A stretch of DNA of 64,000 bases, from assembly GCA_965603825.1 (NCBI GenBank), contig CBFDEM010000021.1, positions 1 through 64,000 of the forward strand, in the 5' to 3' direction. The notes under the pieces are model-generated. The model searched no databases and was not told the DNA's origin. It saw nothing but the letters and a program-made list of their open reading frames with translations. A program made the position numbers and the translations under genes. The stretch comes from Blepharisma stoltei ATCC 30299 (lineage: Eukaryota; Protista; Ciliophora). Shown one piece after another: positions 12,137 to 24,192 of this stretch. Each line of letters opens with the position of its first letter. The first letter of the stretch is position 1.

Positions 12137-12558
12137 CAAATACAGTATTAATGAAAACGCTTATGAAATTTCCTTAATTAATTTAGGAGTTATTTTTACA
12201 TAAAATGGGTTATCCTAAATAATTTTATAAGACACTTATCAGATTTTATATTTATACGCAAAAAATTGCACACTTTTCGAATAAACATCTGAATAATATT
12301 GAATTTAGGGGGACAGCTTTGCCAATTCTTCAAAATTCCCATTTTACATAATGTTTACAATTGGCGACAAAATTAATTTTCATCAATTTTCAATTAAATG
12401 ACTCAAGGAATTTTGTGATCACATTATTAGGCTACCTTGTATAAGAGAAGGGTAATTATCGCTATATGATTATAAAAATTATTTCAATTTATATTATTTA
12501 TATAATAATTAGTTAGGCCTGACTCTTAAAAGGTATCATACATTTCAGATATGAGAAG

Positions 12559-15500
12559 CTAATTTTTTGGCTTTAAGGCTTCCAGAATTACATCAATTTT
12601 CCCTTCTTGGCTATTCATTTGCTTTTCTAAACTACCTAATCTTTTATTTATCAGATCAAACTTTTCATTTATAGCTTTCTCGCTATTATTCTGAAATTCA
12701 CTCAAGCTTGTCTTTAGGCTTTCGATCTCTTCTGAATATTTTAATCTATCTTCTTTCTTCTCCCTTCTCTGCTTAAAATAATCGCATTTCTGCAGATAAG
12801 TTCTTTTTCCAGTTTTTCTGGCTCAATACATCAGCGACTCAAATTCAATAATGACATCAAGCATTTCTTTGTAGTCCATTGATTCCTGGCTTTGCTGAAA
12901 GTCGTCAAAAGATTTCCCAAGAATTGAGATCAGAAGATTCAGCATCAATATTACATTAATAATAGACGCCAGAGAAAAAATCCAATATTCAATCCAATTT
13001 GCACCATCGTTATTGAAGGCTCCCATGTCTAATTCAAAGCTCAATTTTCAAGCAGATCGAAGGTCGAGCTTGCTGGAGCTGGCTATATAAAGCACTGCAA
13101 AGCCAAAAGTAGAGTAAAGAAGGATAAGCAGGAAGGTAAGAGTGTCAAAAGCAGCTTTTATGATTAGTCTAACGTAAAACCTTGTCTTATCAAAGGTTCT
13201 GAAGTAGACTAAGCCTCTTAAGAAGTTGGTCATCACTGTGAAAAAAGAAAGGACTTCATAAAAGTTCCCTGTTGCGCCAATAATGCTTCAGACATAGCTT
13301 AAGATCAGTCTTGATATATCTAGGTAGTTTAGTGAACTCAAAAAGTAAAATCGTTTTGATGAATAAAGCTGCAAAAATTCATAAACCAGCAATAAGAAGT
13401 TCACGATTCAAAATGCAATAAAAAGCCCAATGTCTACATCCCCATTCATTCCAAGGATTCAAGTTAAGAAGGCAATATTTAAAGCATAAATAGCTGTTAA
13501 AATAGCATTAAATTTCTTAAACGAGTCCCACTTCATTCTGATAACTGACTGGATAAAAGCAGTTGTATATATTTCTATAATCGGGCATTTGTGGATAGCT
13601 CGTAAGAATTTTATACTATCTCTTGATCCATTTTGAAAATTTCAGTTTAGAGAGCTGGTTCAAATTTGCACTAAGAATTTGCGGTTGCTGCCTGAATAGT
13701 CCTTATCAAAGACAAAATCTTCTATTTGAGGCAAAATCGTGGGTGAGAAAATAGTGATTGGTAGTTTTCTTCGAGGAGTAGCCAAAAATATGAAGTCTTT
13801 GCTGTCCATTTTCCGGAATGCTGATTCGAGAAAAGGGAGTACTTGAGGAGAATGAGCGTCCAGAAGTTTGATAATATCGTCTCGTAAGGCATGCATAGAC
13901 TGCTCCAAGACATCTTGAATTTTGCAATTTATAATGTTATTTAGTAGATGGTCCAAGCATTCTCTAGATTGCCGCTCAATTGCGTAATATAAAGGGCTTC
14001 TATTGAAATTGTCCCGAAACATTGCTGCGCCTAGGTCTTGGGCTTTTCTTAATAAGTCAGCCAAATCATAGAAACAATAGTAATGAAGGAGGTTTATTTT
14101 CATCGGGCCAATTTCGGCAGCTATCATAGCAGTTTCAGGGACTACTCTGTTGATAAGCTTTTTCATGAAAATATGATTTGATATTCCTGAGTCATAGCCA
14201 TAGACCTTCAATAAATTTTTCTTGCTTAATGCGTTTTGTTTCCGAATAACAACTTCATCTATTTTTCATACCCTGACTGTTTTATCTTTCGAAGACGTCA
14301 CAAAAAATTTATCATTGCTTGCTATTTTTATGCAGCAAATAGCCAATTCATGCCCTTTCAGGACTCTCTCTTGCCTTCTTTCTTTTATATTCCAAACTCT
14401 TACAGTGCAATCGTCTGATCCAGAAACTATATATTTGCTATCATTTGTAATTTCTATACATCTCACTCTTTTTTCATGTCCTTTCAAAACGGCGATCTGC
14501 CTTCTGTCATAAAAATCCCAAATTCTGATTGTTTTGTCATTCGAACCAGAAACTATGAATTTTTGGTCCCTTGTCAGCTGAAGACACTTAACTTCATTTT
14601 TATGCCCTTTCAGAACTGTAACAAGTTCAAACGTAAACAAGCTCCAAATGATAATATTATTATCATCTCCTCCAGAAATCGCAAAATTATTATCTTTTGA
14701 TAATTGAAGACAGGTAACATGGTCTTCGTGGCCAATTAGTACTGAGATTTCTCAAGAGGCTTCGATGCTCCACACTCGAAGAGTGTAGTCTCTTGATGCC
14801 GTGATTATCTTTTGGCAATCCTTAGTTATCAAGAGAGCTGTTATGGTGTCAGCATGCCCAGATAAGACAATTTCGTAGTCTGGCTCGACGACATTCCAAA
14901 TTCGGACTTTATTGTCAAGTGATGCAGAAACTATATGGAAATTGTCAGAAGCAATTTGGAGTAAATGAACTTTGATTTCAATTTTTCTCGTGGTTCCTCA
15001 CAATTTCATGTTGTTAAGCCTCCAAATTTGCAGCTTATCTTCTGATGATGCTGAAATGAGAATTTCACTGTCAGGTGATAGAGATAAAGCTGTGACCTCT
15101 CTTTCATGGCAGCTTAAATAGGCAATTTTTTTATGCTTTTCTGAGTTTCATATCATAATTGTATTGTCTGTTGATCCTGCAGAAAAAATAAACCTGTCGT
15201 CATTTGTGATCTGCAAGTGCCTCACTTCGCCTTCATGCCCAGAGAAAACAGTTTCCTTTGACCGCTCTTCAGTTCTCCAGATCCTAATAAAATAGTCATA
15301 TGATCCGCAAATAATAAACCTGTTGTTTGCAGTGATTTTCAAAAATTTGTGTTGGGCATTATTTCCCTCTAGGGAATAAATATGCCTTTTGGTGTTTAAA
15401 TCTCAAACTCTTACTGTAGAATCAGTAGAAGCTGATATAAGGTATTTGCTGTCACTTGTGGTGTCCATACAAGTTATATCATCTTCATGCCCTTCTAGAT

Positions 15501-16407
15501 TGAATTTTTCATCTGGGTCTGAAATACTTCATACCCTAATAATGCTGTCAGATGATCCAGTAATAATCCACTTATCATCTTTCGTGATGTTTAAGCAGCT
15601 TATCTGTCCAGAATTGTTTTCCTTGAATTCGAGTTTGGAGTCCTCAATCCCTCATAAATACAGAGAGGTGAAGTTGACAATGACGACAGCAGTTTTGCTA
15701 TCACTTGTCGTTTGAAAAAAAGAAATAAACTCGATCTCAGTGATTGCTTTGACAAGAGATTTAGTTTGCACGCTTCAAAGTCTGCAGGTGCCATCATCAG
15801 AGTTCGAGATAATAAATTTCGAATTTTCAGTGATTTTTACTAACTTCACCTTATCAGTGTGTCCCTGCAAAAAAGTCAGCTGGTTGCTGTCAAGGGCTCA
15901 TATGTATACAGATGCATCAGCAGTGCCAGCAGCGATAAATTGGTTGTTGCAAGATATATCCAAGGTTAGCACAGAAGAATAGAGATCTACGCTCGAAATT
16001 CATGATTCATTAAGAAGGTTCCAATATTTGACTGTTCCATCATAAGTCCCTGAAGCCAGATAGCGATGATTGGCTGACGTCTTTAAGCAGCTGATTCCTG
16101 CAGAGTGCTTGCCATTAACATATTCAAAATCAGAGTTTCACATAAATGAAAGGCATTTGGCATCAAGCCAGATTTCTTCAACGTTTTCATCATTTACTGC
16201 AATTTCTTTTTCAGCCACTTTTTCAATTAAGCTTTCACGCTTGGTTTCTAAGTCTATGAGCTTAATTTCACCTATTTTGGTTCCTATTACACAAAGGTTG
16301 TCAGTAGTTGTGATGCTTTCAAAAGGAATATCGAATATTTGTGGCTTGAGAAATTCATTAGCTGCTATGTCGATATCATCTATTGTCATAGCTAGCGGAG
16401 AAATCAT
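12559..16407 (-). CDS. WD40-repeat / ankyrin-like / TRP-type 6-TM cation-channel-like protein, 1282 aa
   Basis: Six track ORFs share one frame, linked by TGA codons; about 14 or more GH...SGSxDxTIRIW repeats; ankyrin-like DNFNRSPLYYAI; six hydrophobic helices ending MLNLLISILGKSFD (TRP S6-like); C-terminal coiled coil; TAG at 12559. Confidence 0.87.
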
Positions 16408-16880
16408 TTAATAATATATTAATGAATATTAGCAAATACTTTATTTTAAGTCTTCATAAGTAGATTGGGCTTTTAAGTTATAAGGTGCAAAATCTGAATA
16501 GATTCTACATATACTTTGATTTTTCCTATATATATAATAACTGATAATATAACTTTAAGCGCAGTTGCTAATTAATTTCTTGCATTTAATATTAAATTAT
16601 AAAGTGACTTTGCATGAATCAGAATATAAATTGCTTTTGGCAAATTTACTTATATAATTAATTCCAGTTGGAATTATTTTTAAACTAAAAGCACTGTGAT
16701 GGGCTATTCTAATCGAAAAATAATTTAAATTGCAAAATCTTAAGTGAAAGACATAAAAGACCTGCATCATATAGCAATCGATGGAAGTGTTTCCTAACCC
16801 CATCAAGCATAGCTTTCAAAAGTTACTTGAAGAAAGTTAATATTGATTACTAAGGAATTAGAAATTAAAAAATTACACTT

Positions 16881-19800
16881 ATGAGTTTCTTTATAATTTT
16901 CTTTTTTGCTCAAGTATTTGGAATCGATATTGCTTGCAACATGAATAAATGCTCTCCGAACACTGTAATGCATAAGTAGAGAGGAGATAAATCGTGCGAT
17001 GCTGATTGCATGTTTTCTTATTGCAATTATGACTCAAGAGAAGCTTATCAAGTAACCAGTGATATTAAAAAATCAGACTGCTATGGAAATCCATGTGACG
17101 TGAAAAGCAAATGAGAATGTTATAGAAATGGAGCGAGTATCCTTGGAGATGGAAATTGTGACGAAGCCTGCAATGTTCAAGAATGCGGGTTTGACTTTGG
17201 AGACTGTGGGTACTGCGCTCCATCATGTAACTAATATTTAGGCTATAAATCAATGCTCGGAGGAACATGCGACGTTGAATGCAATACAACTTCTTGCTAC
17301 TATGACTATGGAGCATGTTTGGACTGCTCTTCTGGATGCACTTCTTCTATATGAGGAAATGGAGAATGCAACCAAGAATGCAACAATAAAGAATGCAACT
17401 TTGATAATGGAGACTGTTTAAGCCAAACTTGTGCACCCAACTGCTATCTTTGAATGCTAAACAACACCATTTGTGATGAAGCTTGTCAGGTAGAAGAGTG
17501 CCATTTCGACTATTTTGACTGTGATTGCAATTCTGGATGCTTTTCTACCTTGCTGGGCGACGGAGAATGCAATGAAATCTGCAATACTGAAGCCTGCAAC
17601 TTTGACGAGGGAGACTGTGGGTATTGTGCAAGTGGTTGCTTCTTAGAAACGCTAACAAACGGTGTATGTGACGAGGCTTGCAATACCTTCCGCTGCAAGT
17701 ATGATTATTTCGCTTGCAAATGCAATGATGACTGCCAAGCTGAAGATTATGGAAAGTGCAAGCTAGAGTGCATGGTAATGGACTGCAGTTATGATCAAGT
17801 AGGTATTAACCCTGAAAAGAGATGCCAGAGCGAAGATTTAGTTTGATATTCCATTTTCCAACAGTCTCTCAAAGCCAATTTTGATATCCCAGTCAGCTTT
17901 GATGATTGTTCAACAGCATCCTCTTCCCAGTGTTCTTTATCCATGTCAGTAAACTTTGAGTCATGCTACTCCGAGTGTTATTATAGAGAATGCAATTATG
18001 GACTGTGCAGCTTTACAACTGGCTGTGATCTTATTCCTGATAGTGATAAAAATTTAATGTGCACTATTTGCAATGGAGATTGGCTCGATAACTGCTATTC
18101 ATGATATACTGATGGGGATGTTTTATTTTTGATGGGCCTTGGAGTTATGCATCATAGCAAATATCTCTCAGCGGGCCTGCCAGATTTCTATATTTATCAT
18201 GTCACCTCTAATCAAGCAGGGTCGACTCCTTCAGGAGACGGTAGCCCATATTTTCCTTTTGAAACACTTGATTATGCGTTAGAAAAAATATATAAGCTTA
18301 GAAAAACAATGAACTTTATATACTTAGCAAATGATGGAGAATACACTTTAAATAATTGCGAAACATTTGGTTCTTATAGTTGGAGCTATGTGGTCAAGAC
18401 CTATGATGAGAACAAAGTTAAGATAAAAATCAATGGGTGAAGTGCAAGCACATGCGAAATTTCTAAGAGTGTAACATTTGAAAACGTCATTTTTGACGGC
18501 TCAGAACAATACGTTACGTGCAATGACACTGCTTATTGTGAATATTGTTCGTACAGCACCTACAATGAAACTAATGGCTATTGATATAACGATAGAAATC
18601 AGCCTTCTTCTCAAAATTTACCTATAAGCAATTGCAAGAATCCGAGAACAAGTCTTTTTTTAATGCACAATGCTCATTTTACTCTGAAAAACGTTGAAAT
18701 CAGAAACTTTCGATTTAATTTCAGTTATATTATACAAGGAAGTGGCAATTTAAAACTTTTAAATGTTAATTTTGATAATGTCCAACTTAGTGGCTCAGAG
18801 GAAAACGCAGTTATTTGCGGAAACGATCGATATGGAGACTTGGACATAAATTATATCGGAGGCAGTGTGACGAGGCTGAATAACGGTTATGAAATCGATG
18901 ACCCAATAGATCTTCGAGGATTTTTATATACAATATACATGACTACCATTATAATTAGAGATGTAGAGTTCAAATATAACTTAGTCGCTAGAAAGCCAAA
19001 CAGTTCTTTGTCTACTGCTTCCTTAATTTATTTCAAGACTATCAGAAGTATTGAAATAGGCAACTGTACTTTCATGTACAATTATTGTGAAACTGGTGTG
19101 ATCTACTCAAAGCTAGATCTTAGCGACTACGAAACTGACTATAATGAGACGAATTATTTGTACTATGTAATGCGGACACACATTTATATACATGATTCTA
19201 GATTTATTTCAAACTATGGGAATCTTGGGATAGTTCATATTGAGTTTTTGTATAAACTTTTAAATGTCCATTTTGATAATGTCACTTTTGAGTCGAATGG
19301 TGTGGACGGTGACTCTTTGGTTTATATTTACAATCCGAATATTTTAGAAGAATACAAAACGGAGACCTCTGCAAGCATAGTCGTCCCTAATATAGGAACA
19401 GCCTCTGTAATCTTATCTCCAAGATGATGCAAAATCAATAAGGTGACTTTCACAAATAATCATGCCTCAAGTGCCATCTATGCTTATAACTTAGTGAATT
19501 TTCAAATCCAAGATTTGGTGATTAGCTCCAGCGGGTCCTCAATTGAGGATAAAAATATAAACACTCTCCTGCTTGACTATTTTATTGAAAATCGAGACAT
19601 TGAAGACTTATATATATCCAAAGGAAAATCCAATACGAAATTTCCTGATTGCAATTTTATGGTTTCCATTATAAATCCATATAAATTAAGCATTCAAGGA
19701 TTGACTATGCTAAATAATATTTGCAGAAAATCATCTCCAACATTTAAAATTTATAACTCAGACATAAGAAATCTAACCTCGATTACTTGCTCAGGCAATA

Positions 19801-22800
19801 TTGGATATGGGCAATTGCCTGTTTGCCTTTATTTCACAGGACTTTTCGATAGGAATATAACAAATTCAGAATTTATAGGAAATACAAACTACTACAAATC
19901 TGGAAACGGAGTAATTGCAATTGAAGGCGAAAATAACATATATCTTACTAATTGTTCATTTGTGAGCAATTCTGCAAATCAAGTTCCTTTATATTTATCC
20001 GGCCAAAGCGTCTATATTGATTCTTCTAATTTCGAATCAAATGAATCCAAGCGCGGGAATGGAGGAGGCTTGTACTTCATTTCTACCTCTTTGAATAATC
20101 CTGGAACACTGATGATTTCATTAAGCAATTTCACTAATAATTCAGCCAATTCTAATGGTGGGGGCATTTTCATAGAGAAAAAATCAACGTCTCTATTAAC
20201 ATTGGAGCTTTTAATTTCACAATCAAATTTTAAAGGAAACCAGGCTAAATATGGCTCTGCTTTATATATTGACAACTCTATTATCTTGACTTTAAATTCA
20301 ACCATAGCTGATTCAAAAATTTTAGAAAATGTATCAAAAATGTCAGGAGCAATCTCACTGTACTTTTTCAGTGGTATTTTATCTTTTAAATCTTGCGAGT
20401 TCTTAGAAAATACTTCACCTAGTATGGCCGCAGTTTTGCACATTGATATCCCACAAGATACCTATACTGTGCGTTCAAAAGTATATATTGATTCATCAAC
20501 TTTTTCAAATAATGAAGGTAATTTCATAATTTATGTCGATAATCAAAACAGAAACTCATCAGTTGAAACCAGAAACTGCTTATTTGAGTACAACAAAGGA
20601 ATTGTTATCTCATTAAATTATGACTATTTTATCGAAATTGGATCAATTTTCCGATATAACTCAGGGGTCTATGGGACATGTTTTTTCCTCCAAAATTCTG
20701 CGATATTATATGCAAACTCCGAGTTTTTGAATAATACAAGCAGTGACTCAGGAGGGGTCATAGCTATGAGCTTTAAATCACTTTTCAATTGCGACAATTG
20801 CACTTTTAGCAAGAACTGAGCTATAAAGGGAAAAGGTGGCGTTTTAGTAAGTGAGCAAGATTCTCAATTTTTGATATCAAATTCAAATTTCTCAGAAAAT
20901 TCATGTGGAAATGATGGGTCAGCAATTTTTTCTTTTAATTGCAATACCACAGCCTCGTTAATAACTTCATCCACTTTTTCTGGCAACCACGCACAAGGCT
21001 CAGGTGTAATAGCATTTATTAGCTCAAAAATGACTATTTCCTCATCTTATATTGGCGGTAACTCAAATAGTGGATATTCGTCAGGGATTAAATTGATATA
21101 CTCAAATGCTAATATTTTGGATTCAAAGTTTATAGGCCAGACCAGTATCTCAGGTAATTTTATTTATGCTCTTGCAGAGAGCAATGTTAATATTCAAAAT
21201 ATCACCTTTTCTGGTGGGTATTCAAAAGAAAGCGGCGGGGCAATCTATTCTAGTGCTAGCACTGTCTCTATAAATTCTTCAGTCTTTACTGATTTATCAT
21301 CCCCAAAAGGCGGTGCAATTTACTCTGCTTTTGATAGCACAATAACTATAAGAAATTCAGAATTTTTTAATCTCACTAGTTCCTCTACAGGAGGTATCAT
21401 TAACGCTAATCAAGCGAACTTGATTATACAAAACTCAAAATTTAAGCAATTTTACTTGACAGGGATTTATGGGAAAGAGCTAAAGAAATTAGAAATTTCG
21501 GACTCAGAGTTTAGAGATGGCTATGGGTATGATGGCGGAGTAATATTCTGTGACTCATGCAACAAAATTAATATCAAATCATCAACTTTTGACAATAATA
21601 GTGCTACTTTGTATGGAGGTGCTTTATTTTTGACTGCTAATAGTGAAGAAAAAGCAAGTCAAAGCATTTCTTCATGCAGATTTACTAATAATATTGCTCA
21701 AAACGGAGGCGCGATATACTCAAATGAAGTTAGCCTAAGCATATCCAGCTCTGACTTCACTCAAAATAAAGCCATATCTAAACAAGATACTGAAGATTTT
21801 GGTATTGGAGGAGGAATCAGGATAGGCTGCCCAAGTACTCAAGCCTGCAAATTTAAACTCCAAATGAACACTTTTACAGACAACACAGCAATGCATAAAG
21901 GTGGAGCTATTAGTTGAGACGACAATCTGCCTGAATTCGCAAATAACTCATACACAAATAATGCAGCTGAGTATGGAGGAGACATTGCTTCTTACCCTGT
22001 CAAGTTAATGCAAGTAAATGAAATGGGAGCTTTAGAAGACTATAACAGTCGAAGACTCAATGATTTTGTGTCAGATATTAATTTGACTGATATTGCATCA
22101 GGGCAAAGCATCAAAAATAAACTTGTGGTTGCTTTAGTTGACAACATGAACAAAGTCATAGCAACTGATGATTCAAGTGAAGCAGAGCTAAAAGCAGTCA
22201 ACTCGACTACACAAATTTCTGGGAAAATCAAAGTCAACGCTGTCAAAGGGATTTTCAACTTTTCTGAATTTGTCATTTCAGAAGATCCCGGGTCTGATAT
22301 ACAAATAATGGTCACTTCTTCTGCAATTGATACAAGTAAAATAAAAAAATCTGGGGAAACTGTATTTAGTAAAAGCTTGGTTTTTAACGTGAATATGCGG
22401 AATTGCAAGATAGGAGAAGTCAGCTCAGGGAAAAACTGCGAGATCTGCCCTGCTGGGTTTTATAGCTTAAATCCAAGCTTAATGTCTTGTTTGGCTTGTC
22501 CTAACACAGCTGAATGCTATGGAAATTTTTCAATGGTCCCTCGGCCTGGGTACTGGAGAGACAATATGTATACAGATAAATTCTGGAAATGTCCCCATAC
22601 TTCAGCCTGCTTGGGTTCTCCTGATAAAAATAATATTTCTTATACTGGTGAATGTGGAGAAATGTACAAAGGCAATAAATGCCAATCATGCAAAACCGGG
22701 TACACTCACACAGCAGACAACAAGTGTGAAAAATGCCCAAGCAAGGTAAATAACATTTTGACTACGTCAGGTATTACTTTACTACTTATTATCGTATCAT

Positions 22801-24053
22801 TTCTTATTGTAAAAGTTACAAGACAGTCCGCTTTCAAGCCGAAATCACATGTCTCAATCTATATAAAGATATTTTTGAACTACATCCAAATGGTGATTTT
22901 AGCCTCGACTTTTAAGCTAAAGTGGCCAGACGAAGTCGTAGAAGTTTTTAAAATTCAGTTGCAGTCTGACTATGTGCACCAGCAAATGTATTCATTTCAG
23001 TGCCTTTTCCAAAGCAATAGCTCACAAAGTCTGGTTTATTTCAGGACTCTTATTATTGTGGCTTTGATCCCAGTCTTCATGGTAATTTTATCATTATTCT
23101 TTTGGCTTGTTTTTAAGTGCATTAAAAAATCAAAATCGACTTTCTGGGATGATTTTATATCGACATGTATCATTTTGCTATTTTTGATTCACCCTAATAT
23201 TGTAAAAACAATGTTTGCATCAATGAACTGCACTGAAATAAATGATGGAGAATATTGGCTAGAAACGGATCTTGATATTAGGTGCTGGGACCATGACCAT
23301 ATTTTTTACGTGCTAGTTGTCTCTTTGCCATCTATTGTTATATGAGGAATCATAATGCCAACTATCTGTTTGGTGAACCTTATAAGGAATAAAAACAATT
23401 TAAACGATATAAGTGTGAGGCTTAGGTATGGATTTCTGTTTAATGGGTACAAAGAGCAGCATTTTTACTGGGAATTTATAATTTTATATAGCAAAATCAT
23501 CCTTATTTGTTGCTCTGTGTTTCTTACGAGAATATCTTTGTCACTCCAAGCACTGATTGTATCAATATTATACTCAATTTATCTGCGTTTACAGTACTCA
23601 AATAACCCATACAATGAAGACGTTTTGAACCAAATGGAAATACGTGCTAAACTTGTATGTGTGGTTACCATTTATAGTGGACTCTATTATTTGATGGGGT
23701 CTCTTGGAAATGTCGCGAGCTATTTCTTATTTATTCTAATAGTCATTGCGAATTTTTACTTTTTAGTCTACTGGGCTTGGTATCTCTTGAAATCGATCTT
23801 CAATAAGATAAATAAACATGTGACTGAATGGAAAAATAGAAGCAGGGTAAGCAATCAGCCAGAAGGAAGCAACTTAAAAATTGAGGGTGCGGAAGACTTA
23901 AGTGGCGTTTTCAGCAAAAAGATTAATGTTTCAATTTCATCAAATGAGAAATTTTTAAGTGAAAGCCAAATTTTGAATATGAGCAATGATCCGAGTGATC
24001 CGGAACTTATCCATATTGAAGTCGAAATTTCTGAAGAAGCTAAGGAGGAATAA
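16881..24053 (+). CDS. Giant surface membrane protein: signal peptide, LNR (Lin-12/Notch) repeats, Pmp/pectin-lyase-like beta-helix repeats, Cys-rich region, multi-TM C-terminus; 2380 aa, 2 tiny introns
   Basis: Seven track ORFs share one frame, joined by TGA; introns 16965-16979 and 17227-17241; repeated GDGxCDEACNxxxCxFDxGDC (LNR), FxxN...GGAI repeats, CPAGFYS, about 8-9 TM helices; TAA stop. Confidence 0.9.
16965..16979 (+). other. 15-nt spliceosomal intron GTAATGCATAAGTAG
   Basis: Ends in an in-frame TAG; removal gives CSPNTRGDKSCDADC (LNR-like). Confidence 0.85.
17227..17241 (+). other. 15-nt spliceosomal intron GTAACTAATATTTAG
   Basis: In-frame TAA; removal gives YCAPSCYKSML, matching the neighbouring repeat YCASGCFLETL. 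Confidence 0.9.
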
Positions 24054-24192
24054 AAACTTAAATATAGGGGCTAAGATTTATAGTAATAAAAATAGGAGGA
24101 TTTGATTTATAATTCAATAAAATCAAGTTAGATTTATAATTTTCTGCCAGTTTTATCTAGTTCTTAAAGAATTTTAATAATAAATTTACGAT

